A DNA stretch of 64,000 nucleotides, from the NCBI GenBank assembly GCA_038154405.1, contig JAYPXF010000001.1, positions 22,772 through 86,771 of the forward strand, read 5' to 3'. The position numbers and the translations under genes are program-made. Under the pieces are notes generated by a model. It searched no databases. It saw only the letters and a program-made list of their open reading frames with translations, and was not told where the DNA came from. The DNA is from Verrucomicrobiales bacterium (GTDB lineage: Bacteria > Verrucomicrobiota > Verrucomicrobiia > Limisphaerales > JAYPXF01). Numbering within the stretch: the first letter of the stretch is position 1; every line of letters starts with the position of its first letter. Positions 1-10,388 of this stretch are shown here, piece after piece.

Positions 1-855
1 CCAAGCTTCGCGGCGCAGTTTTTCATCGGGCCGCAGGTCGCGCGCGAATTCCTTGTCGTAGTATCCGCTGTGACTGCGGGAGTTGTAGTAGAGCCGGCCG
101 TCATGCAATTCGACCAACGCAGCTTCCTCGGTGAACGGATCGGGAAAGAACTCGCTGATCTGCCAGGTGGCGCCGCGGTCGTCGCTGTAGAGCGCACAAC
201 TGACGATTTCATCACCCGGTTGGCGATCCGATGGATGCTCCTTTGCGTTGGGACGATAGGTGGCACTGATGATCAGGCGTCCTTTGTGCTTGCCGTGCCG
301 CAGGGTGATGCCTGACTCGCCGGCATTGGCGTGCATGAAGTAGGTGCCGAGTCTGTTCCCCTCTTTGACGCCGCGAGTCTTGGCGCCGCTCTTCGCCAGT
401 TGCTTCAACTTCAAGCTCGGCTTGACGGTCACGTTCTCAGGCGACCACGTCTTGCCCTGGTCCTTGCTCCGGATCATCCGGTCGCTTCCATCCCACATTC
501 GGATCGACATGATGTCTCCGTTCTTTTCATCCACGATCAGGTTGCTGTCCAGAATCCGGATGTCGATATCCTGTATCTCCCCCCACGTCTTGCCGGCGTC
601 CTTGCTCCGCCGGAGTTTGCCGGTGTAACTGCGGACGGCCAGCAGTGTCCCGTCCACGCCGATCGCGAGATAGGGTTCCCGCACGCGGTTGTCCCCATCG
701 AACACGACCTGTTTGCTGAAGGCCGGTTTTCCGAGGAACGGCTGCAGTGAGCCTTCGGGAGGTTTGCCGGCCGTCAGTCTGTCTTGGGCGGACAGATTGA
801 TGAGAGACAGGGCGATGAAGAACACGAAGCGCCGGAGGAATCTGTGCGAGTGCAT
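1..855 (-). CDS. BNR/Asp-box repeat glycoside hydrolase (exo-alpha-sialidase-like); C-terminus cut by window edge
   Basis: Not in ORF track (no stop inside window). Manual reverse translation from ATG (855-853) stays open to position 1. It gives MHSHRFLRRFVFFIALSLINLSAQ (signal peptide) followed by Asp-box motifs SKDAGKTW, SKDQGKTW and SDDRGATW, typical of sialidase-type beta-propellers. Confidence 0.7.
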   Translation of the reverse strand, partial: MHSHRFLRRFVFFIALSLINLSAQDRLTAGKPPEGSLQPFLGKPAFSKQVVFDGDNRVREPYLAIGVDGTLLAVRSYTGKLRRSKDAGKTWGEIQDIDIRILDSNLIVDEKNGDIMSIRMWDGSDRMIRSKDQGKTWSPENVTVKPSLKLKQLAKSGAKTRGVKEGNRLGTYFMHANAGESGITLRHGKHKGRLIISATYRPNAKEHPSDRQPGDEIVSCALYSDDRGATWQISEFFPDPFTEEAALVELHDGRLYYNSRSHSGYYDKEFARDLRPDEKLRREAW

Positions 856-997
856 GACGGGACCTATTACGTATCTGAATCGGACGCTTTCAAGCCCGAA
901 AGCCATGGAATTCAACGCGGAATAAGACAAGCTACTCCGACATTGCGTCCGGGTAGATCGCCTGCAATTCTGCCGACCAATCCACCGTCCCACGATC

Positions 998-1996
998 ATG
1001 AAAACCCTTGCCGCCTTCATCTCGTTCGCATTCGCAACAGGCGTTTGCGCCGCACCCAGTTTTGCCACGAACCCCATCGTCACCGAGTTCGACATCGATC
1101 CGGCGTGGCCGAAATACCCCGATCACATCGAACAGAAGGGTTGGGTGTCCGGTATGGCCATCGATGCCCAACAACAGATCTGGATGTTCAAGAAGGGACC
1201 GGATCCGGTGCAGGTCTATCGGACGGACGGAACCTTCGTGCGGTCCTGGGGCAAGGGAATGTTCAAGAGCCCGCACCAGCTTCGCATCGGGCCGGACGGG
1301 GCCATCTGGGTGTCGGATTTTGATCGTCACGTGGTCCAGAAGTTCACGCCGGAGGGCAAGCTGTTGCAGACCGTCGGCACGCTCGATGAGTCGGGTGAAG
1401 ACCAGACGCACTTCAATCGCCCGACGGACATGGCGGTGATGCCCAACGGCGAGATCTTCGTGACGGATGGTTATGGCAACCGCCGGGTCGTGCACCTGGA
1501 CAAGAACGGCAAGTTCATCAAGGCATGGGGCAAGTATGGTTCCGGACCGGGTGAATTCATCCTGCCGCATGCAATTGTCCATGATTCAAAAGGCCGGCTC
1601 TACGTGGCCGATCGCAACAGCGGTCGGCTACAGGTTTTTAAACAGGACGGCAGCTTCGTGGATCAATGGACCGGACTCATCATGCCATGGGGCCTGCATG
1701 TCGCCGAGGGCGACGAGATCTGGGTGGCGGGTTCCTCCCCGCATTGGTGGCGACGCCACAACAAGTACCAGGAATACAAGGACCAGATGTTCATGCGTTT
1801 CTCAACGGATGGGCGGGCGCGCCTGATCTGGACCTTTCCACTCGGCGATCCGGAGAACAAGAAGACCGGTGAAACCGTCGGCGCGCATTGCCTAGTGAAG
1901 GACAAGGATGGGAACATCTACGTCGGCGACATCTACACCGAGCGCGCCCAGAAGTTCGTTCCCGTCACCTCCCGGCCGCCGGCGCCCAAGAAGTGA
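998..1996 (+). CDS. NHL-repeat six-bladed beta-propeller protein, secreted
   Basis: 332-aa ORF. N-terminal signal peptide MKTLAAFISFAFATGVCAAP. Repeated NHL-like units (FNRPTDMAVMPNGEIFVTDGYGNRRVVHLDKNGKF; LPHAIVHDSKGRLYVADRNSGRLQVF). Confidence 0.75.
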   Translation: MKTLAAFISFAFATGVCAAPSFATNPIVTEFDIDPAWPKYPDHIEQKGWVSGMAIDAQQQIWMFKKGPDPVQVYRTDGTFVRSWGKGMFKSPHQLRIGPDGAIWVSDFDRHVVQKFTPEGKLLQTVGTLDESGEDQTHFNRPTDMAVMPNGEIFVTDGYGNRRVVHLDKNGKFIKAWGKYGSGPGEFILPHAIVHDSKGRLYVADRNSGRLQVFKQDGSFVDQWTGLIMPWGLHVAEGDEIWVAGSSPHWWRRHNKYQEYKDQMFMRFSTDGRARLIWTFPLGDPENKKTGETVGAHCLVKDKDGNIYVGDIYTERAQKFVPVTSRPPAPKK

Positions 1997-4413
1997 AGCC
2001 AGCACTTGTCTTCATCGCGGGATTCCTGTTGTTCGCCGGCGATCTCGGCGCGGCGAAACTCTACGAACGCAACACGGAAATTCCCTTTGCCTACCTGCCC
2101 GGTGGCCAGCGCTCGTGGCAACTCACCGACCAGTCGCTTGGTTCTGATGAAGAACTGGTTCGAGCGTCGTTTCTCCCCGAGGGACTGAGGGTGTTGTTCG
2201 ATCGGAAGGGGAAGATGACCGTAAGAGCGCGGAAGGGACTGCGTGAGAAACTGGACTTCGTGATTCGACATCATCGTTCGGACGGTTCGCGGGCGAAACA
2301 AACCATCAGGCTCGTTCCAGCTCCCCCCGATCGTCCCATCACCTATCTTTCAGATCAGTTGGATGACCTGATCCGCATCTTTCGCGACCACGGTACCGGC
2401 AAATGGAAACCGGTCACCCGCGATGGGTTCGATCAGTATTTCCGTCGGCTGCAGGCACATGGCGTCCGTCGCCTCATCGTATGGCCCAGCGCCTTTCCCA
2501 CGCTCAGCAATCCCAAGAACTACGGGTCCGACAACTGGGCGCGTTTTGAAAAACAGGCATGCGCGATCTTGGGGAACGAGGAGCTCAATCGTATCCTCTA
2601 CGATGACCCGGCCTTCGTGCCCTACGAATGGCATGGGATGTTGATGCGCTTTCGGCTGAATCCGGCCTGGGGACGCATGTACGCGCAGAGCGCAGCGGAT
2701 CACGGCATCGCGCTGACGGTCAGCTATCGCCCGTTCGAACATGCGCTGATGAAGTATTATGTCATTCCGGTCTTTGATTCCGACGGTCGTTTCCTTTGGA
2801 ACTTCCTTCCCGGCGCCAATCCAAAGGTGAATTTCGAGCCGGAGAAAGTCTCGTTCGCTCATTACCGAAAGGTGTTGGAGGTGAACGGCAAACACGATCA
2901 CGCGAAACTCGAAAGCGTGACGCTGGCCGCAGTCCCCGAATCCTCACCCCAGTCGATCAAGCGGGAGCATCTGCGCGTGTATGCCGCCCAGGTACCGCCG
3001 ATCGCGAAGGACTCATTCGTGCTGCGTCGTGATGCCGCAGGCGAATTCAACCTCGTTCGCTTCGCGCAGGTCGTGGATCAGGTCGAAGCGCAACGGATCG
3101 AACTCAGTGACTGGTCGATCGAGGTCGATGAGAGTGGCTCGATCCAACTCTCCGGATTGGACCTGCCTGCGGGTCACCGCTATCTGATCATTCGCCGGGG
3201 TGAGACTGCAGGATTGGATGTCCACCTGCCGGTGGAACTGCCGGTGATCGCACACTCGGTGGCCGGTTCGGTCTTCGGACGCATCAACGCTCATTGGTCG
3301 CTTGTTGACACCAATGCCGACAATGCCACCGCCCGGATCGGTGGAATCACGAGTGCCGGCTCGTACCGGACTGATTTCAAGGCGATCGAAAACAGCTTTC
3401 GATTGGTACGCCGGAGCGGAAAGCCGCTACGGCCGCTCGGTGACGATGAGATCGTCATCGACTTCGGCGCGGACTTTTCGCCGGAGATGATGGATTACCA
3501 TCGGGCCGCCTCGCGACGACTGGCGATCGACGAAATCAAAACCGCCCTCGCTGAATCGGCCTTTGACGAAATCGTCATCAACACGCGTTCGCATACCCAG
3601 TTGGCCGGCTCCCAAGGCGACGGTGATCTCGGCGTGCAAACAATCGGACATCATCGGCGCCGCCGGAAAAACTATTTCCACCTGGGCATCGATCGCGCCT
3701 ATGCCCCTCTGTCCGTCGCAAAGAGTTCCCCCATGCAGGCGCTGCTGCGAGACGGATCGAACACTGCCATCGGAAAGATCACGGATTGGCAGGCCGGTGA
3801 ATGGCAAGGCACGTGCCAGAGCGAATCGACCGGCTTTCCCTGGCGTTTCGCGCGCAATTCAGCCGTGGCCCAAGGCGTTCGTCTGCTGTTGGAGGATCTG
3901 GAGCGGGAGTTTCCGAAAACGCGCATCCGGGTGATGATCCCGCCCCGCGCCGAGGTGGAGAACGGCGTGAAGAAGACACTGGATCGCACGCCGAATCCCG
4001 AAGGTGGAAACTACGACGCGAGCTACTACCGCTTCCTCTGTTCGGGCATCAACCAGATCCCGTCCATCGGTGAAGGTATGAGCATGTTGGATCTGCGCGG
4101 ACTGCGTGCGGAACCAATGTTTCTCGGCCTGCGACATCTGCCGGACGACGGCCCGGTCAAACTGTTCCTGGATGCCTATCTCCAGAATCAGTCTGACAAC
4201 CACGGATCGAGTTATCGTGGCGCCAAGAGTTTTTTCTACGAGGCGCAATACACCTTGCGCGACAAGGACAAGGCCGCCGCGGCCGCCCGTCGGGAACAGA
4301 TCATCCGCAATCTTCTGGACCGCTCCGAAGTCAATGAGGTCATTCTCTACGAGGCCGCCAACTGGACCTACGACCTGCCGGTCCACAATCCCCATCAATA
4401 CCTTGATCGTTGA
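1993..4413 (+). CDS. hypothetical secreted/membrane-anchored protein (~806 aa), no recognised domain
   Basis: ORF track 1888..4413. I trim the start to the in-frame GTG at 1993, which overlaps the upstream TGA (GTGA) and is followed by a hydrophobic anchor VKPALVFIAGFLLFAGDLGAA. Long clean ORF in an operon-like arrangement with sulfatase genes. Confidence 0.6.
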   Translation: MKPALVFIAGFLLFAGDLGAAKLYERNTEIPFAYLPGGQRSWQLTDQSLGSDEELVRASFLPEGLRVLFDRKGKMTVRARKGLREKLDFVIRHHRSDGSRAKQTIRLVPAPPDRPITYLSDQLDDLIRIFRDHGTGKWKPVTRDGFDQYFRRLQAHGVRRLIVWPSAFPTLSNPKNYGSDNWARFEKQACAILGNEELNRILYDDPAFVPYEWHGMLMRFRLNPAWGRMYAQSAADHGIALTVSYRPFEHALMKYYVIPVFDSDGRFLWNFLPGANPKVNFEPEKVSFAHYRKVLEVNGKHDHAKLESVTLAAVPESSPQSIKREHLRVYAAQVPPIAKDSFVLRRDAAGEFNLVRFAQVVDQVEAQRIELSDWSIEVDESGSIQLSGLDLPAGHRYLIIRRGETAGLDVHLPVELPVIAHSVAGSVFGRINAHWSLVDTNADNATARIGGITSAGSYRTDFKAIENSFRLVRRSGKPLRPLGDDEIVIDFGADFSPEMMDYHRAASRRLAIDEIKTALAESAFDEIVINTRSHTQLAGSQGDGDLGVQTIGHHRRRRKNYFHLGIDRAYAPLSVAKSSPMQALLRDGSNTAIGKITDWQAGEWQGTCQSESTGFPWRFARNSAVAQGVRLLLEDLEREFPKTRIRVMIPPRAEVENGVKKTLDRTPNPEGGNYDASYYRFLCSGINQIPSIGEGMSMLDLRGLRAEPMFLGLRHLPDDGPVKLFLDAYLQNQSDNHGSSYRGAKSFFYEAQYTLRDKDKAAAAARREQIIRNLLDRSEVNEVILYEAANWTYDLPVHNPHQYLDR

Positions 4414-4466
4414 GCGGTCCTTGAAAACGTTCTTTCGTCCCGCTTCGCGGTCGCGCAACGTCGGGC

Positions 4467-5894
4467 ATGAGTTTACGTCTGATCATTGCGACCATTCTCG
4501 CCCCCTTCTGTCTGCCGGCGGCGAAGCCGTTGAATGTCTTGCTGATCACCGCGGATGATCTCGGAATTCAGTTGTCGTGTTACGGCGATCCGATTGCGAA
4601 CACACCCAACATCGATCGACTGGCCGCCCGCTCGGTCCGGTTTCAGACGGCTTATGTCAGTCAGGCATCCTGCAGTCCTTCGCGCTCCACGATGTTCACC
4701 GGTCTGTATCCGCACGCCAACGGACACTACGGATTGGCCAATGCCAACGTCGGTTTCCGGGTGCACGAAAAACTGCTCGATCGTCTGTTGCCCAACGTGT
4801 TGAAGCGGTCCGGCTATCGCACCGGAATCATCGGCAAGCTGCACGTGAACCCGGAGAAGGCCTTCAAGTTTGACATGCACCGGAATGAAGGCTTCGGCTC
4901 ACGCGAAATCAAGAAGCAGATCGGCTTCGCCCGCGAATTCCTGAATGCCACGGATGGGAAACCCTGGTTCCTCATGTTCAACATGTTCGATCCGCACGTT
5001 TCGCGGAAGCGCCAGACGAATCGCAAACGCGGTCCGAGCTATTTTCCGGATCAGGTTCAGGGACTGCCGAAAAAGGTTCTGCAATCGAAGGATGCCACGT
5101 CGTGGCCTTGGCAGCAGATTGATACCCCGGAACAACGCAAGAAAATCGCCGGCTATTACAATTGCGTGCACCGGATCGACGCCGCGATCGGGATGTTGAT
5201 GAAGGAACTGGAGGAGTGCGGTCACGCGGAGGATACCCTGATCATCTTCCTCGGTGATCACGGGCCACCGTTCTATCGCGGCAAGACGAGTTGCTACGAG
5301 GCGGGGCTGCGCGTGCCGTTCATCGTGCACTGGCCCGGTGTTTCCGTTGCGCACACATCCCGCCGACTGGTCGGCAGCGTGGATATCTATCCAACCATTC
5401 TGGATGCCGCTGGCGTCCCGCGACCGGAAGGCCTTCATGGTCAGTCGGTTCGTCCCACCATGTATCCTGGCACCAAAATCAGTTGGCGAAGAACGCTCGT
5501 GGCGGAATTCCACTATCATGGACACACTCCGTTCTTCCCGCGCCGCGCCATCACCGATGGATACCACAAGTTGATTCACAATATCCGAGCCGGCGAACTG
5601 TCCGCACTGACCAGCGTGGACGGTGATGCCGCCCCCGCGATCGCTCGCGATTTGGATGCCAATGATCCGGTCCGCATCGCGATGGAACGCACATTGAATC
5701 CGCCAGAGTATGAATTGTACGACTTGCGCAAGGATCCCATCGAGTTTCACAACTTGGCCGGACAGGAATCCATGTCCAAGATCCAGGCCCGCCTCGTGAC
5801 CGCGCTAGGGAAATGGCAGCAGCAGACCAAGGACCCGTTCAAAGATCCTGACTTTCGAGATCGCGTTGAAAAGCAATACCGGCCGTCCAACTGA
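4467..5894 (+). CDS. formylglycine-dependent sulfatase, N-sulfoglucosamine sulfohydrolase (SGSH/heparan N-sulfatase)-like
   Basis: Signal peptide, LLITADDLG, and sulfatase signature SCSPSRSTMFTGLYPHANGHYGL (C-x-P-x-R). From memory this closely resembles the human SGSH active-site block [24 protein letters not shown]. Confidence 0.85.
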   Translation: MSLRLIIATILAPFCLPAAKPLNVLLITADDLGIQLSCYGDPIANTPNIDRLAARSVRFQTAYVSQASCSPSRSTMFTGLYPHANGHYGLANANVGFRVHEKLLDRLLPNVLKRSGYRTGIIGKLHVNPEKAFKFDMHRNEGFGSREIKKQIGFAREFLNATDGKPWFLMFNMFDPHVSRKRQTNRKRGPSYFPDQVQGLPKKVLQSKDATSWPWQQIDTPEQRKKIAGYYNCVHRIDAAIGMLMKELEECGHAEDTLIIFLGDHGPPFYRGKTSCYEAGLRVPFIVHWPGVSVAHTSRRLVGSVDIYPTILDAAGVPRPEGLHGQSVRPTMYPGTKISWRRTLVAEFHYHGHTPFFPRRAITDGYHKLIHNIRAGELSALTSVDGDAAPAIARDLDANDPVRIAMERTLNPPEYELYDLRKDPIEFHNLAGQESMSKIQARLVTALGKWQQQTKDPFKDPDFRDRVEKQYRPSN

Positions 5895-5910
5895 ATCCAC
5901 TGCTTCACGA

Positions 5911-8900
5911 ATGAAGATTTCTGTAGTTGCGGCGGTAGTGACCATCGGTGCCGTTTTCCAACCTGCCGCCGCGCAGGTTACAGCCACCGCTTCTTCCAGT
6001 TACCCGAAGCGTGATCCGATCCATGCGGTGAACGGATCCGGATTGAAGAAGGGGGCGCATGACAACGAGCTGAATTCCGCGTGGCATTCCGGCATGGATC
6101 AGAATCCCTGGTTCCGGGTCTACCTGGGCAAGTTGCAACCGGTTTGCTGGATGAAACTTTGGAACCTGAACTGGGGTCCCTACACCGATCGTGGCATTCG
6201 GCAGGCGGACATCTATTGGTCAGCGCAGGAGGAGCCGGGGAACCCGGTCGACCATCCGGAGCGCTGGTCCCTCGTGCATGAAAACCACCAGTTCACGCGG
6301 GCGAGTCATTGGCCGGACTACGGTCTCAACCGGGATCGGCGCATGCCCGATGTTGTCGATCTGGGGAAACTCAATGCCCGGTTCATCTGCTTGAAGATGG
6401 ATGCGAATTTCTCCGAGTCAGGTCGCGGCTACTTCGGCATCAGCGAGATCCGGTTTTCCGCCGATCCGTTTCCGGAACCGAGGCAGATGACGATGGCCAG
6501 ACACGCCGCTGGTCCGAGACAAGTGCTGTTGGAAAAACCGATCGCCATCGCCAAGGACACCCACTTTCCCGCTCCGGCTGGCACCTGGGATCTGAGCCGA
6601 TTCAAGTACGTGAAGTTCGAGCTGGCCAACGAGAGTGAGAAACCGGTGTCCTTTTCCTGTTGGGTGTTTGCTCCTGATGGATGGGGAGGTTCCGGTTCGT
6701 TTCCCGATGACAGCGGATTGACGTTCCTCGAGCCGGGTGAGTCCGCGAAGGTTCATATCGACCTTCATGCGCGCTTCCTTGGCGCGGCCCACGAGAAATT
6801 CTGCAAGGTCATCGATCCGTCCAGGATATCACGGGTCGAGATCGTCTATTCACTCAGGCCGGGAGAAGAACCATCGCCATTGACCGTGCGCTCGATTTCC
6901 GCCGTGGGCAAAGGCGATCCGGTTCACGATGTATCCGGAAGATTGTTGGTACCGGAGATATCCGGTGGTGAACCTGCGCCGGGCAAACGCGTTCGCATGG
7001 ATCGACACGTGATGTATCTGCCGACCGATTGGCAGCCCGGGAAGAAATACCCGGTGATCATCGAGTATCCGGGGAATCTGTTTTACAACAAGTTCTGCTA
7101 TTCACCCGGCCTCACCGAGTATGGACGGCTGGGATGGGGACTCACGAAGGATCTCGGAGATCCGGACGTGGCGGGCGATGGGTTCATCTGGCTGAATCTC
7201 TCTTTCATCAACGACGAGAATACCGAACAGAAATCCGGCTGGGGCAACGAGCAGAAGACGGTGAAGTATTGTCTAAAGACCGTGGCCGAAGTCTGTCGCC
7301 AATACGGAGGCGATCCGGACGCGGTGGTGTTCACCGGCTTTTCGCGCGGCTCACTGGCAGCAAACCACATTGGCTTGCGCACGCCCGAAATGGCCGGATT
7401 GATTCGCGCCTGGCATCGCTCGCCGATCAAACGTGCTCCGCAGAATACCGGCGGCTGGCACGGCGCTTTTGTCGGGCAGAACGATCGTATCGATCAACAC
7501 TACCAGGGCCAGTCGATCTGTGAGAAATCACTGATCAACATGGGTGCATCCGCGCACGTGGATTGCGGCTATCTGGAAGATCGTCCAGATGCCGTGGCGG
7601 GCCGCATGTGGCTCAAGGAGGTGTTGTCCAAGGAAATGCGACCACTCCGCAATGATGCTTACAACATCTGGCCGCAGCCCGATGGATCGCTCCACATCGC
7701 CAATGTTGGCGGCGGTGGCTTCGAGGTATTTCAGCCGGAGTTCACCGTCATCCATTCGCAGGAAAAACCCACCACTTCGCGGCTCAAGTGGGCGCGCCCG
7801 GTTTACAACCTCCCCGCCTGGAAACTCGTGAACGGCCAGATCGAGGCGGACGTCTTCAAGATCGGGAACACGATCACCCTGAGCGATCCGCAGATCACCC
7901 GCGACGAATCCGGCATCATCTGGACCTTCACCCACGACAAGCTCGATCTGATCGCAACGATCAGTCTGCCCGACGGGCGGGCTGAACCCCGCATCGATTA
8001 CCAAGTGAAGGTAAAGGAAAAGGGTTACTGCACATTTGCCTACTCCGGTGCTCCATCGGCGAAACTGTCGAACGTCGCGCGTCTTTGGCAACCGCAGGTC
8101 TGGGACGGGCGACGTCTCCCTGAGCAATCGTTCCTAATCGGTGACGATCACTGCTCGATTCCCGGCTGCCTTGTCCAACGCGCCGACCGGTTGCGCACCA
8201 GCGGAGTGATGGCCGATCCGTGGAAGCTGCCCTATGAAATGCCGCATGGACGGAACCGACGTTTCGGAGTGACCGTACGCAATCAACACGGCGAAGCCCA
8301 ACCGTTGGTCTTCGCCCCGTTTCCTGGCTCCACGGCTCGTTTCAAATCCGGCGCTGAACATCGGTTTGCTGTCTTGCTCGTCACCCAACCCACCGATCTG
8401 AGCTGCACCTTCGAACACACCGCTCGCAACATCAGCGGATTCAAGGATCAGCGCGAGAACACGCTCACCACCTTGAACCAGACCCTGGACAACATGGCGG
8501 ACTTCGCGATGAGCAAGTGGGCGGCGTTCGATACTGAGAACAAGTCTTCCTACTACCCAGACGCCAAGGGAACCGTGAAGAATGTCAGCTGTCTACATCC
8601 CTTCAGCGTGGCGTTGGTCACCGACAATGCCCGCCTGTTTCACGAACAGACCGTGCCGATGATGGAATACCTCATTTCGCGCGAAAAATTTCTCTTCGCC
8701 ATCGATGAACAAGGCCTCAGCCACAGTCAGAAACCGAGCATGAACATGACCGGTCCCGCCATGCCGGTGTCTGAACTGGCGGCATTGAATCGCATCGCGC
8801 AAGGCGGCTCACCCGTCTTCCTGGAACAGGCCGAACGGCTTTATGCCGTGGATCGAAAACTCAACATGAACTGGGTTACAGCGGGTGCGACCTGGCAACG

Positions 8901-10290
8901 ATCATTGTCGCTTTATCGCGCGACCGGTGAAGCGAAATGGCTGACGGACGCGGTCACCAAGGCGGATCAATACATCGCCAGGCGAATCGATACCGCGCCC
9001 GTTGATTTCAGTGAAGCCAAGGACGGGACTTTCTTCGAATACATGATTCCCTGGTGGAAAGAACTCTACGAACTCTATCTCGAAACCAGGGAGCCGCGAC
9101 ATTTGGCCGCCGCGCATCAGGGCGCGAGACGCCATGCACAGTTTGTCTGGTTCTACCCGTCCGTGCCGGAAGACGACATCACGGTCAATCCCCGCGGTCT
9201 GGCTTCCCGACGTGGCCGTCCGGACGATGATGGAGTGCTCCTCGTGCCTCAGGAAACCGTTCCCAACTGGCGGGTCTCCGATCAGGGCCTGCTTTGCGAA
9301 GGCAACGGCACGGTACAACGCCTCGGCATCCTCATCGCCACCCACGCGCCGCTCTTCCTTCGCATCGCCAATGACACCAATGACGACTTCCTGCGCGACA
9401 TTGCCCGCTCTGCGGTGATCGGTCGGTATGCCAATTTCCCCGGTTACCATCTCAACACCCGTTTCGGCACGGCACAGGAGAAACCCGATTTTCCGCTGCA
9501 CGACTACAGTATTCTCAAGCCCACCACCTCGATCCACTACAACCACATCCTCCCGCAGGTGAACCTGGTGATCGATTATCTCTATTCCCGCGCCTACGAC
9601 CTTTCGGACGGCGCCATCGATTTCCCCACCGAGTTCATCGAAGGCTATGCCTACCTCCAATCCAAACTCTACGGCGCTCAACGCGGCAGTTTTCATGACG
9701 TGATGGGAGTCCGCCCCTGGATGCCGCGAAAACTTCTGGAAGTCGACGATGTCCAGGCCAATTACATTTCCGCCCAAGACAGAGACAAGCTGTGTCTAGC
9801 CTTCATGAACGCCAGCGATCGATCACTTGAAAGGCTCACGTTCAAACTCAATCCGAAATACTTCCGTTCGTTGGCAGGCGAGTTTCCCGTTCGCATCTGG
9901 CGGGACAACGAACCGGTCAAAACCACCATGAAGATCAAGGATGGAGTAGGTACGATTTCAGTCAGCCCCAAAGGCATCACCGCATTGTGCATTGAAGGAG
10001 TCCGCCCCTTGGTTTCCTTCCAGAACGAGCTTGGCGCAACTCAACCGCTCCGGCCCCGGACAGACAGCGAGACCACGCGGGCGATGGTCTTTTCCTTCGG
10101 CCCGAAGCTTCGCTGGCTTTACGCCTATCTTCAGAGCGAACCACGTACGATCCGCAATGCGCAGTCGAGAATCCGGTTCAACGATTCCGAGAAGATGCTA
10201 CGCGATGATTCCTATCCCTTCGAATTCAGCGCCCCGCTTCCAGAGAGTACGACCAATGTTGATATCGAGTTTTCAACCACGCGAAACTAG
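5911..10290 (+). CDS. large secreted multidomain protein (1459 aa): N-terminal F5/8 type C (discoidin)-like domain, alpha/beta-hydrolase (esterase)-like segment, long uncharacterised C-terminal region
   Basis: ORF 5866..10290 trimmed to ATG 5911, which begins the signal peptide MKISVVAAVVTIGAVFQPAAAQ. Discoidin-like block (SAWHSGMDQNPWFRVYLG...ISEIRF). Esterase-like block with nucleophile elbow G-F-S-R-G (VVFTGFSRGS). Confidence 0.7.
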   Translation: MKISVVAAVVTIGAVFQPAAAQVTATASSSYPKRDPIHAVNGSGLKKGAHDNELNSAWHSGMDQNPWFRVYLGKLQPVCWMKLWNLNWGPYTDRGIRQADIYWSAQEEPGNPVDHPERWSLVHENHQFTRASHWPDYGLNRDRRMPDVVDLGKLNARFICLKMDANFSESGRGYFGISEIRFSADPFPEPRQMTMARHAAGPRQVLLEKPIAIAKDTHFPAPAGTWDLSRFKYVKFELANESEKPVSFSCWVFAPDGWGGSGSFPDDSGLTFLEPGESAKVHIDLHARFLGAAHEKFCKVIDPSRISRVEIVYSLRPGEEPSPLTVRSISAVGKGDPVHDVSGRLLVPEISGGEPAPGKRVRMDRHVMYLPTDWQPGKKYPVIIEYPGNLFYNKFCYSPGLTEYGRLGWGLTKDLGDPDVAGDGFIWLNLSFINDENTEQKSGWGNEQKTVKYCLKTVAEVCRQYGGDPDAVVFTGFSRGSLAANHIGLRTPEMAGLIRAWHRSPIKRAPQNTGGWHGAFVGQNDRIDQHYQGQSICEKSLINMGASAHVDCGYLEDRPDAVAGRMWLKEVLSKEMRPLRNDAYNIWPQPDGSLHIANVGGGGFEVFQPEFTVIHSQEKPTTSRLKWARPVYNLPAWKLVNGQIEADVFKIGNTITLSDPQITRDESGIIWTFTHDKLDLIATISLPDGRAEPRIDYQVKVKEKGYCTFAYSGAPSAKLSNVARLWQPQVWDGRRLPEQSFLIGDDHCSIPGCLVQRADRLRTSGVMADPWKLPYEMPHGRNRRFGVTVRNQHGEAQPLVFAPFPGSTARFKSGAEHRFAVLLVTQPTDLSCTFEHTARNISGFKDQRENTLTTLNQTLDNMADFAMSKWAAFDTENKSSYYPDAKGTVKNVSCLHPFSVALVTDNARLFHEQTVPMMEYLISREKFLFAIDEQGLSHSQKPSMNMTGPAMPVSELAALNRIAQGGSPVFLEQAERLYAVDRKLNMNWVTAGATWQRSLSLYRATGEAKWLTDAVTKADQYIARRIDTAPVDFSEAKDGTFFEYMIPWWKELYELYLETREPRHLAAAHQGARRHAQFVWFYPSVPEDDITVNPRGLASRRGRPDDDGVLLVPQETVPNWRVSDQGLLCEGNGTVQRLGILIATHAPLFLRIANDTNDDFLRDIARSAVIGRYANFPGYHLNTRFGTAQEKPDFPLHDYSILKPTTSIHYNHILPQVNLVIDYLYSRAYDLSDGAIDFPTEFIEGYAYLQSKLYGAQRGSFHDVMGVRPWMPRKLLEVDDVQANYISAQDRDKLCLAFMNASDRSLERLTFKLNPKYFRSLAGEFPVRIWRDNEPVKTTMKIKDGVGTISVSPKGITALCIEGVRPLVSFQNELGATQPLRPRTDSETTRAMVFSFGPKLRWLYAYLQSEPRTIRNAQSRIRFNDSEKMLRDDSYPFEFSAPLPESTTNVDIEFSTTRN

Positions 10291-10298
10291 ACCTCAGT

Positions 10299-10328
10299 GG
10301 TAGGGACGCGCAGCGGCAAGTCCCTACC
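10299..10328 (+). terminator. stem-loop 9 nt after stop of the 1459-aa gene (no U-tract)
   Basis: GGTAGGGAC-gcgcagcggcaa-GTCCCTACC, a perfect 9-bp stem. Belongs to the group of GTAG-initiated hairpins seen after other genes in this window. Confidence 0.45.
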
Positions 10329-10388
10329 TGCGTCCATGCGAATCGTCGATCTGTCTTGAGCGGAGGTGTGCTTGCTCGGGTCATTCAT

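Noticed and set aside
1888-1992. N-terminal extensions offered by the ORF track (also 5866-5910, 12031-12066, 25679-25918, 30117..31397 upstream part, 35049-35114, 58531-58578, 21654-21806, 59704-59802)
   Set aside because: The extensions overlap the preceding gene or lack protein-like sequence. Internal starts give proper signal peptides or the canonical family N-termini (e.g. recA, GAF kinase, permease).
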